From: Minisyncoccota bacterium
Lineage (GTDB): Bacteria > Patescibacteriota > Minisyncoccia > Phycocordibacterales > UBA1006
Length of the DNA: 61,089 nucleotides
Direction of reading: 5' to 3'
Assembly (NCBI GenBank): GCA_021734445.1
Contig: JAIPIY010000004.1
Location: 1 to 61,089, forward strand
The notes beneath the pieces are model-generated. The model made no database searches. It was given only the letters and a program-made list of their open reading frames with translations, and was not told the origin of the DNA. The position numbers and the translations under genes were made by a program. Positions 10,652 through 18,845 of this stretch are shown here, piece after piece (positions within the stretch are counted from its first letter, which is position 1; every line of letters begins with the position of its first letter).

Positions 10652-11239
10652 TTATAAATGCGATTCCCTCAGGCCTTCATTAATTACAGAAACTAAACTT
10701 CTTTTTTCTTTTTGAATATCAGAAACCAGTGCGAGGTCATCATCACTGTAAATATATGTTTTATATTTTTCAGCATCGACATACCCCAAATATGCTAAGA
10801 TACGTAACATCACGAGAATTTCTAATGAATCTTTTATCTCGACAGATATTTCTTTGTTATTTGCCAAAGAATATAACGTTCCGCATACGCGAAAAATTTC
10901 TGGATTTGATTCTTCTCCTGGGGTAAGTCTTTCCAGTAAAGAAAAAGTACGGGCAATCAGCGGAGACACATGAGATTGATATGATCCGGGGTGCCATGGA
11001 TAGGTGTCTATGATTGCATTGGTGATTCTCCACATTTTTTTACCACGAACCAATTCCACTGATATCAATGCAAACATTTGCAAAGATGAACGTAATTTTG
11101 AATGCGGCTCTCGTATACCCTGTGCATGTGCCTGAATATGCCCAAATTCTTCGGTGTACAGAGAAACCAAAACACTGGATTCATCGCGATTCCACCGGCG
11201 AAGCACATATGCTTTTGTACGGTACATACGATATGACAT
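10652..11239 (-). CDS. recO: DNA repair protein RecO (short, no Zn finger)
   Basis: N-terminal OB region with LYTEEFG.I...A.G.R...SKLR pattern. Confidence 0.85.
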   Translation of the reverse strand: MSYRMYRTKAYVLRRWNRDESSVLVSLYTEEFGHIQAHAQGIREPHSKLRSSLQMFALISVELVRGKKMWRITNAIIDTYPWHPGSYQSHVSPLIARTFSLLERLTPGEESNPEIFRVCGTLYSLANNKEISVEIKDSLEILVMLRILAYLGYVDAEKYKTYIYSDDDLALVSDIQKEKRSLVSVINEGLRESHL

Positions 11240-11281
11240 AATAGGTTCTAATGCTTAGTAACTAGTTTCTAGAGGTTAGCC

Positions 11282-14200
11282 TTATTGTATCAGAATTCTA
11301 AATTTCAAATCATTTACCATAACTTCTTCGGCATCATTTTCTGTATAGATAAATTCTTTGACACCTGCAACAGATTGAATTTCATCAGCAAACATCTCTA
11401 TCATATTTTTACCCTGATCATCAGCCTGCAGAGATACAGTAATACTATCTGAAGCTTGCAAGCCTGTGTTTTTACGCATAGATTGTAGGACACGGATAAA
11501 TTCTCGCGCATCCCCTTCTCGTTTTAATTCTGGGGTAATTTCTGTATCAAGACTCATTTCATCACTGAACACGATTTCCTTTACATTAACTTCATCTCGT
11601 ATGAGCGCCAAATATTCTTCTTGCAACTCGTTACCTGAAACTTGTAACTTGCCCAGTGGTTGTCGTACTTTAATATTAGAACTTGCACGAAGTTCAAGAG
11701 CTTTTGAAATAATCGCTCGAGTTGTTTCCATTTCTGCAACAATCTGAGAATCGCTACCGCCTATCACAGGTACTGGCCAATGCTCCAAATGCACTGATTC
11801 TAATTTTCCTCCAACCCGTCCATAAATATCTTCTGCAAACATTGGTGTAAAGGGCGCAATAATTTTTGCCATTTCTAATAATACATATTGTGTTGTGGCA
11901 ACAGCATATTGTGTATCTTCTCCCGCATCTTTGAATCGGTCACGACTGCGACGAATATACCATTGTGATAGATCGGCAATAAAATCACGAATAGCCCGAG
12001 ATGGTTCCAATATACGATACGCGTCCAAATCTTTTGTACAAGATTCAATCAATACAGATAACTGTGCCAATATCCACATGTCTAACACATTTTTTGATTC
12101 ATGGGGTTTTGTTGATTCATTCACTTCCCCGCTATATAATTCATAGAATTTTACGACATTATCCAATAGTCCAAATATTTTTCTTTGTGTTTCGACAATA
12201 GTTTTTTCATCAAAGTTTTTAAATTCTCCTGGCTGATTTACTGAATAAAACCAAAAACGAATTGCATCAGAACCATGCGTCGCAAACATATCCCACGGGT
12301 TTACTACATTACCTCGTGATTTTGACATTTTTTGCCCATTGGCATCCAAAATCAATCCCAAACAAATAACATTTTTATACGCCAACGTTGGTGTATTATG
12401 TGTCAGATTGGCAACGGCATGCATGGTATAAAACCATCCTCGTGTTTGATCTAAACCTTCGGAAATATAATCCGCTGGTGTCGGATCAAAATTTACCGGC
12501 GTACCCAATAGATGATCCTGGGCAATTGGCATACATCCAGAATCAAACCAAACGTCCATTACTTCGGGTGTTCGTTTTAATATCTGCCCATCTTTTTCTA
12601 ATACAACCGCATCAATATAGGGTTTATGAATATCTAGTTCATATGATTCATTTACAGGCAATGGAACAAAAGGAATTTCTTCTACATGCCCCGGTGAAAC
12701 CAGCGCATGGTGTCGCAACAGGTGTAACGATCTGGCATCATCTGCACCTTCTAATAATGCATGTACTGAATCAAAGAAAATACCATGCGTTACAATTAAA
12801 ATTGTTTCATTTTGATACTTGTTTTCTAAATCGTACATGAATTCCCCTATTCTCTTTTTTACATCCAACGGAGTCGTTCCACCCAATGTGTCAGAAAAAG
12901 AATTAATTCCTCCATTTCGTAAGCTAAGAAATTCATCAAAGGGTTTCCCACACAAATTTCCAAAATCATATTCACGAATACGATTATCATATTCGATTGC
13001 AGATATATCATATCCAATTTCTTTTGCAACGATTTCTGCAGTTTCTTTACATCGCAACAATGGTGATGCGATGATTTTTGTAATACCCATCTGTTTTATT
13101 TTTTCTCCCTGATTACGTGCACGTTCGCGCCCTTCGTCTGTCAGATGAAATGTATCATTGATATCACATGCTGCAACCTGTGCAATCATATGTTCACCAT
13201 GCCCATGTCGCATTCCAATATATTTGTTACCTGATTTTTTAACATATTTTTTCAATGTTTCAACTGAATCCACCACCACAGTATCACCTGATTCTGATTG
13301 CCAAATAGGCAACGGAGTTCCCCAATATCTATCTCGTGAAATTGCCCAGTCTTTGATTCCATCCAACCATTCACCAAATCGCCCATCACGAACATTATTA
13401 GGTTCCCAATGAATTGTTTGATTTGCTGACATCATACTTTCACGTACTGCACTGGATTTGAAATACCATGATGATCGTGCGTAATACACCAACGGAGTAT
13501 CACAACGCCAACAATGTGGATAGCTGTGTTCATATTTTTCTTTTGCAAAAAAAGTATTTGCATCCTGAAGATGTTTAATAATATCAATATCCAACGTTGG
13601 CTTTCCATCTGTTTCTTCTTTTACAAATCGCCCAGAAAAAGAACCCATTCCATCTACATAGGTTCCCTGTTCTGTTACGATATGCATTTTTGGCAATCCA
13701 ACCCGGGTACCCAATTCAAAGTCATCTTGACCATACATCACCGCAGTGTGCACAATCCCGGTTCCATCTGTTGTCGTAACGAAATCAGCAGAATATATTT
13801 TGTATGCATTTTCCAAATTGGCAACACCAGATTTTTCTGCAAGGTCTTTGAAATATGGGAACAATGGTTTGTATAATTTACCAACAAGATCTTTACCTGT
13901 AAATTCATTTACCACATCATGTTCAATATCTTTTAAAACTTTTACCGAAAGATCTTTTGCCAATATAACATATTCAGTATTAATTTTTGCTTTAATGTAG
14001 GAAATATCATTCCCTACCGCCAAAGCAATATTTCCTGGCAATGTCCACGGTGTTGTTGTCCATGCTAATACATAAGTTCCCGGTTCATCCACTAATTCAA
14101 ATTTTGCCGTAATAGAAATATCTTTTACATCTTTGTATGCACCAGGTTGATTCAATTCATGTGAAGACAATGTGGTTCCACATCGTGAACACCATGGCAC

Positions 14201-14755
14201 CACCTTGAAATCTTTGTATAAATGTCCATTTTCATGAATTTTTGCAACAGTTCCCCACAATGCTTCGACATATCCATTATCATATGTCACATAAGGGTTT
14301 TCCATATCCAACCAATATCCCATTCGTTTTGTCATTTTTTCCCATTCATTCTTGTATTCCCAAACAGATTCTTTACACTTTTGATTAAACGCTGAAATAC
14401 CATATGCTTCGATTTCTTTTTTTGATTTTAATCCCAGTTGTTTTTCCACCTGTAATTCAACTGGCAATCCATGAGTATCCCAACCTGCTTTTCGTCGCAC
14501 TGAAAACCCCTGCATAGTTTTATATCGTGGGATAATATCTTTGAACGATCGAGATAATACATGGTGAATACCCGGACGACCATTTGCAGTTGGTGGACCT
14601 TCGTAAAACACAAAGTCCCCTTGTGGAGATTCTTTGGCAAGAGTTTTTTTGAAAATATCTTTTTCTTCCCAATGTTGCAAAATTTCCTCTTCACGTTTTG
14701 CATACACCGATGGTGAAATTTCTTTGGTTTGATATTTTTTTAATTCGTTTTCCAT
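11282..14755 (-). CDS. ileS: Isoleucyl-tRNA synthetase type 2 with inserted histidine-phosphatase domain
   Basis: FYEGPPTANG, GWDTHGLPVE, WTTTPWTLP editing motif, KMSKS and IKVRQPL; extra RHG-containing insert; upstream T-box with AUC specifier. Confidence 0.96.
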   Translation of the reverse strand: MENELKKYQTKEISPSVYAKREEEILQHWEEKDIFKKTLAKESPQGDFVFYEGPPTANGRPGIHHVLSRSFKDIIPRYKTMQGFSVRRKAGWDTHGLPVELQVEKQLGLKSKKEIEAYGISAFNQKCKESVWEYKNEWEKMTKRMGYWLDMENPYVTYDNGYVEALWGTVAKIHENGHLYKDFKVVPWCSRCGTTLSSHELNQPGAYKDVKDISITAKFELVDEPGTYVLAWTTTPWTLPGNIALAVGNDISYIKAKINTEYVILAKDLSVKVLKDIEHDVVNEFTGKDLVGKLYKPLFPYFKDLAEKSGVANLENAYKIYSADFVTTTDGTGIVHTAVMYGQDDFELGTRVGLPKMHIVTEQGTYVDGMGSFSGRFVKEETDGKPTLDIDIIKHLQDANTFFAKEKYEHSYPHCWRCDTPLVYYARSSWYFKSSAVRESMMSANQTIHWEPNNVRDGRFGEWLDGIKDWAISRDRYWGTPLPIWQSESGDTVVVDSVETLKKYVKKSGNKYIGMRHGHGEHMIAQVAACDINDTFHLTDEGRERARNQGEKIKQMGITKIIASPLLRCKETAEIVAKEIGYDISAIEYDNRIREYDFGNLCGKPFDEFLSLRNGGINSFSDTLGGTTPLDVKKRIGEFMYDLENKYQNETILIVTHGIFFDSVHALLEGADDARSLHLLRHHALVSPGHVEEIPFVPLPVNESYELDIHKPYIDAVVLEKDGQILKRTPEVMDVWFDSGCMPIAQDHLLGTPVNFDPTPADYISEGLDQTRGWFYTMHAVANLTHNTPTLAYKNVICLGLILDANGQKMSKSRGNVVNPWDMFATHGSDAIRFWFYSVNQPGEFKNFDEKTIVETQRKIFGLLDNVVKFYELYSGEVNESTKPHESKNVLDMWILAQLSVLIESCTKDLDAYRILEPSRAIRDFIADLSQWYIRRSRDRFKDAGEDTQYAVATTQYVLLEMAKIIAPFTPMFAEDIYGRVGGKLESVHLEHWPVPVIGGSDSQIVAEMETTRAIISKALELRASSNIKVRQPLGKLQVSGNELQEEYLALIRDEVNVKEIVFSDEMSLDTEITPELKREGDAREFIRVLQSMRKNTGLQASDSITVSLQADDQGKNMIEMFADEIQSVAGVKEFIYTENDAEEVMVNDLKFRILIQ

Positions 14756-14759
14756 AACA

Positions 14760-15023
14760 TTAAATAAAAGCCGTTAAAGTAGTAAAAATCCCCAATATAA
14801 TCCCTGGAAAATTTGCCCAAAAAACAAAATGTTCTTTTTTAAGAAAAGCATATGCAGACCAAATACTACAGTTTATAGTCACAACTATAGGTTGAATAAA
14901 AATATGACTTAGACCCGAAAGATTACTGATAGCAATTTCAAGCAATGAAACAAACATAAGAATGGCTATGACAGTACCGATTACCCCTAAACTTTTTATA
15001 ATTTTTTCTTTATTTTCTATCAT
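14760..15023 (-). CDS. SemiSWEET/PQ-loop family 3-TM transporter
   Basis: 87 aa, three hydrophobic helices, FIQP...INC.IW..Y and AN.PGIILG patterns of bacterial SemiSWEET-like proteins. Confidence 0.75.
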   Translation of the reverse strand: MIENKEKIIKSLGVIGTVIAILMFVSLLEIAISNLSGLSHIFIQPIVVTINCSIWSAYAFLKKEHFVFWANFPGIILGIFTTLTAFI

Positions 15024-15035
15024 ATAATTTAATAA

Positions 15036-15277
15036 TTAAAAAACTCGTCCACGAATTACGAATAGTCATAATTCAAGGACGAGTTTCTTTTGACGTTGCA
15101 TAAAGCTTTGCCTAGATAACACGTGGTACCACCTTGGTTTATCCCGCATAACCTTAAACAGTAATTGGGACCTTATTCTCTGGCTATAACGGGCCACCCG
15201 TTGGGTTCTATGTATCTTGCCATAGGCGGATATTCTTCCCAAAGCTTGAAAGATGATAGTCTTTCTCAATCGCTTGT
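15036..15277 (-). promoter_or_regulatory. T-box riboswitch (Ile specifier AUC) with intrinsic terminator
   Basis: Minus strand AAGG-UGGUACC-ACG (15135-15122) can pair with CGU-CCUU (15081-15075), which lies in the 5' arm of terminator AAACUCGUCC/GGACGAGUUU. CCCGUUA stem IIA/B motif, short stem I with AUC loop, and TTGACA-N16-TATGAT promoter upstream. Confidence 0.92.
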
Positions 15278-15315
15278 ATGTGTATCATAGCGTATATACC
15301 CACACTGTCAATATG

Positions 15316-17004
15316 TTACATCTTTTCCGGTGCTTTGATTCCCAACAAATACAATCCATTTTTCAGAATAATCTGTGTCGCCCGCGCTACCGCCAAACGA
15401 TGCTGGGATACATCTTTATTTGACACATCAACAATCTGATTCGCTCCATAAAAAGAATTAAACGCACGGGCAACTTCTAATAGATACGTAACCACATGCT
15501 GTGGCGCATATCCAGTAATTGCAGATTCTACAATTTCAGGAAACCGATATAACATTTTTTCTAAATCAGAAATTTCCCCTGTGTGATAGTTTGGATGTAT
15601 ATTCAACCCTGCACCCTTTTCAATCAAACTACAAATACGCGCATGGGTATATTGTAAATATGGTCCAGAATCCCCTTCGAACGATAGTGATGTTTCGGGA
15701 TCAAAATTAATATTTTGCCCAGGCTTTGCACGGAGGATAGAAAATTTTATTGCACCAATAGCAATTGATTCATATACTTCAGCCGAATCATTATGGGTTG
15801 ATCGTTCTTTTACTTCTTCGCTGACAGCCTGCAACATATCTTCTGCAAGTGGAACACCACCCAATCGTGATGACATTTTTTGCCCTTTGAAATTCATACG
15901 GCCATGTGTCATGTGCACGCTTTTTTCTGACCAGTCTTTTTGTATCTTTTCACCAGCATCTAACACAATTTGAAAATGCGGAATTTGCTCATGGTCGGTA
16001 ACAAAGATAGAAACATCTGGATGTATTCGTTCAAATTTTAATTGTAAAAGACCGATATCTTTTGCTTCGTAGGTTGGATTTCCCTGACTGTTAATAAATA
16101 CTGCAGTATTTATGTGTTTTTTTGATTCTTCTGGTATATACACAATTGCACCTTGGCTTTCTGTAAATATGCCTGGAGTATTTTTTTGTATAATTTCTTT
16201 TCCCACATTCCCCGCTTCGCTTTCGTATATATAGGTATCAAAATGTGAACCCAGTTTTTGTAAAACTGATTCAAAATAGGCAATATTTAATTTTTTACAT
16301 TTCTCAAATATTTCTAATTCAGGAGATTCTTTTTTTGCGTATAGATTATCTGCAATTTCTTTGACCTGGATGTGTATCGATTCATCATCTGTATATCTTT
16401 GCGTACCTTCGACGTATGCATTACCCAATATCTTTACGTCATCCGCTATAAAATCTGATCCGTATTTTTCTAATAAAACAAATATCGCTTTTGCAATTCC
16501 TAACGAAATATCCGAAGGAAATGCCATTGTGGCAACATTAGCACCAGAGAATTGCATTAACCGAACCAAAGATTCTCCAATCGCATTATTCATCATGTGC
16601 CCCACGGTAAAAGGTTTAAACAAATTCAAAGATGAATGTTCAACTAGAATCTTTTTGTCTGTCAGTATATTGGTCTTACCAAAATCATTTTCTTTTTCAA
16701 GAATTTCTGGAATAGCTTTTTGAAAAAAGGGTTTTGCTAGATAAAAATTAATAAACCCAGGACCAGCAACGGTTATTTTTTCAATTTCTTGTGAGAGGTT
16801 TTTAGAAATCGCAAATTGAATTTTTTCAGCCAAATCTTTTGGATTTTGCTGTACTTGTTTTGCTAAACTCATGGCAACATTCGTTGAAAAATCCCCATGC
16901 GACAAATCCGCAGGATGCTCAAACACTATAGATTCTGGTGCAAGAATATCTAATTCAGCCAACGCAGACCGAACCAAAGTATCAAGATTTTTCACAATAG
17001 ACAT
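15316..17004 (-). CDS. argS: Arginyl-tRNA synthetase
   Basis: HGDFSTN.A, AGPGFINF, KMSSR, FEGDSGPYLQY.HAR and C-terminal LGI.APEKM motifs. Confidence 0.96.
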   Translation of the reverse strand: MSIVKNLDTLVRSALAELDILAPESIVFEHPADLSHGDFSTNVAMSLAKQVQQNPKDLAEKIQFAISKNLSQEIEKITVAGPGFINFYLAKPFFQKAIPEILEKENDFGKTNILTDKKILVEHSSLNLFKPFTVGHMMNNAIGESLVRLMQFSGANVATMAFPSDISLGIAKAIFVLLEKYGSDFIADDVKILGNAYVEGTQRYTDDESIHIQVKEIADNLYAKKESPELEIFEKCKKLNIAYFESVLQKLGSHFDTYIYESEAGNVGKEIIQKNTPGIFTESQGAIVYIPEESKKHINTAVFINSQGNPTYEAKDIGLLQLKFERIHPDVSIFVTDHEQIPHFQIVLDAGEKIQKDWSEKSVHMTHGRMNFKGQKMSSRLGGVPLAEDMLQAVSEEVKERSTHNDSAEVYESIAIGAIKFSILRAKPGQNINFDPETSLSFEGDSGPYLQYTHARICSLIEKGAGLNIHPNYHTGEISDLEKMLYRFPEIVESAITGYAPQHVVTYLLEVARAFNSFYGANQIVDVSNKDVSQHRLAVARATQIILKNGLYLLGIKAPEKM

Positions 17005-17040
17005 ATGCACGAATATACCACGTTTTTGGGTAAAAAAGAA

Positions 17041-17463
17041 CTATTTTTTACCCGTAGATCCAAAACGACCCTCTCCACGTTCTGATTCCGACAGCTCATC
17101 AACTTCTTGTATTTCTGCAATAGCTACTGGGAAAATGATCAATTGTGAGACTTTGTCACCTTTTTCAATCTTATATTCTTCATTTGAAAGATTCACAAGG
17201 TGGGTATTATATTCACCACGATATCCGGCGTCAAACACACCACCCATGGTGTGTAATCCTGCTTTTGAAATACTACTTTTATCTTTTACTAGTGCAGCAT
17301 ATCCATTTGGAAATTCCAAAGCAAACCCGTGCCATACAATAACATGCTCCATTGGGTTAATAACAAAATCTTCCATCGCATACAAATCCAAACCGGCATC
17401 CCCTTCTTTGGCATATGTTGGTAATTTTGCATCAGGTTTTAATTTTTTAATTTTGAGTTGCAT
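17041..17463 (-). CDS. dut: dUTP diphosphatase
   Basis: DAGLDL, G.FDAGYRGE and RGEGRFGSTG motifs. Confidence 0.95.
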   Translation of the reverse strand: MQLKIKKLKPDAKLPTYAKEGDAGLDLYAMEDFVINPMEHVIVWHGFALEFPNGYAALVKDKSSISKAGLHTMGGVFDAGYRGEYNTHLVNLSNEEYKIEKGDKVSQLIIFPVAIAEIQEVDELSESERGEGRFGSTGKK

Positions 17464-17466
17464 AAT

Positions 17467-18336
17467 TTATATTTTTTTACTAATTTCTTCTCCAATCTCT
17501 CGCATTTCTTTTCGTATTTGTTTTACAGCTTTGATATCTCTGTCAGGATCTACTGATGAAAATACAGCTGGAGCTATGGGCTTTACAACTCCTTTTGCAT
17601 TTTTATCTTTCACAGAATACTGCAATTGAAAACTTTTCCTGTCTTCGTTATAAAAATCATATTTATCATCAATACCTCCAACTCTTACATTTTCTTCAAG
17701 CCCAACCCACATTGGCCCAATACTTGATCGTCCTAAAACATAACTCTTTTGCTCATTAACATAATTAGCAAAAAGAAATTCGAGAAATGCAATAGAATGT
17801 CCAGAACTCATATACTCGTCAAATATAGCAATGCTCGGTTTCTGTGACATATCTTTTGATAATACTTCTAATTTCTCGATGGCTGCTATATATAGTAAAC
17901 AAACGTTTTTGAACGACTCATAATCATCAAAAGGGCTATCTTGTCTTTCTGATGCATTTGCTGAATCCTCCAGATGAGTTATTTTCTCTTTGAGTTTCTC
18001 TATAGAAAATTTCTTTTTATCTAAAGTTAACCACAAGAACTTTTGCGCAGCATTACGTGAACCTTCCGCTGTAGGAAAGAATATTGTTTGTGGTTTTTCT
18101 TGTCCTTTTTCTTTTGCCAATTTTTCCCATACTGGGTCAAATAAATATGCCAGGGGTCGTGCTGTCGTATCTACATATATTACATAATCAGGTAACTTTT
18201 CAGCCCAATCTTCTTTTAAATGCTTTGCAATCCCTTCTCCGCATTCCAATAATACCCCCCTATCCCGCTCTGAAAGTAGGATTTCAGAGTTTTCCTTGCT
18301 TTCAATTTTCGGTTTTCCAAAATTACTTTCATTCAT
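17467..18336 (-). CDS. Hypothetical protein, possible PRTase-like fold
   Basis: 289-aa ORF in operon; IAIFDEYMSSGHS resembles a PRPP-binding loop. Confidence 0.6.
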   Translation of the reverse strand: MNESNFGKPKIESKENSEILLSERDRGVLLECGEGIAKHLKEDWAEKLPDYVIYVDTTARPLAYLFDPVWEKLAKEKGQEKPQTIFFPTAEGSRNAAQKFLWLTLDKKKFSIEKLKEKITHLEDSANASERQDSPFDDYESFKNVCLLYIAAIEKLEVLSKDMSQKPSIAIFDEYMSSGHSIAFLEFLFANYVNEQKSYVLGRSSIGPMWVGLEENVRVGGIDDKYDFYNEDRKSFQLQYSVKDKNAKGVVKPIAPAVFSSVDPDRDIKAVKQIRKEMREIGEEISKKI

Positions 18337-18348
18337 ATATTCTTCATC

Positions 18349-18843
18349 TTAATTTTCATATCCAAACAATTCCGTTAAATCTTTTATGAAACCAACAAAA
18401 TCTTCAGGTCTTTCTGCAAACCATTTCTGTAATTCATCTTTACTAACCCAACGAAGATTTTCAACCTCTTCTTCTTGGGGAACAAGTTTCGTATTTCGGG
18501 GAATTATCGCCGTGTACATTTGTACAAATCTTTTTCCTGTATTTGATTCACCATAATATTTTTTATCTTTTATAAGATTAATACCCCTTATACCCAACTC
18601 TTCTTCTAATTCTTTATACACATTAGAATCGTATGTCTCACCTTCTTCGACAGTACCTGCAACAGCGGGACCCCATTTGCCGGGATTATTTTTCTTGGTT
18701 AATTTTCGTTGTTGAAGTAAAATATCACCTTGTTCATCAGTTATCCAAATTGATGTAAGTCGAATAATATCTTCAGGATTACGATCTACCCTTTCTTTAT
18801 ATCCAACTATTTCATCTTGTTTGTTTACAATAGGGATTTTCAT
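18349..18843 (-). CDS. NUDIX hydrolase (IDI/YfcD-like)
   Basis: LLQQR...K...PGKW...AG.VEEGE....KELEEELGI Nudix box. Confidence 0.9.
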   Translation of the reverse strand: MKIPIVNKQDEIVGYKERVDRNPEDIIRLTSIWITDEQGDILLQQRKLTKKNNPGKWGPAVAGTVEEGETYDSNVYKELEEELGIRGINLIKDKKYYGESNTGKRFVQMYTAIIPRNTKLVPQEEEVENLRWVSKDELQKWFAERPEDFVGFIKDLTELFGYEN

Positions 18844-18845
18844 AA

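Noticed and set aside
15066-15269. 67-aa ORF upstream of the SemiSWEET gene
   Set aside because: Lies wholly within the T-box leader.
16871-17629. 252-aa plus-strand ORF and other long antisense ORFs (e.g. 12388-12840, 22215-22685, 35617-36162)
   Set aside because: Opposite-strand shadows of well-supported genes (dut/argS, ileS, glyA, DUF192).
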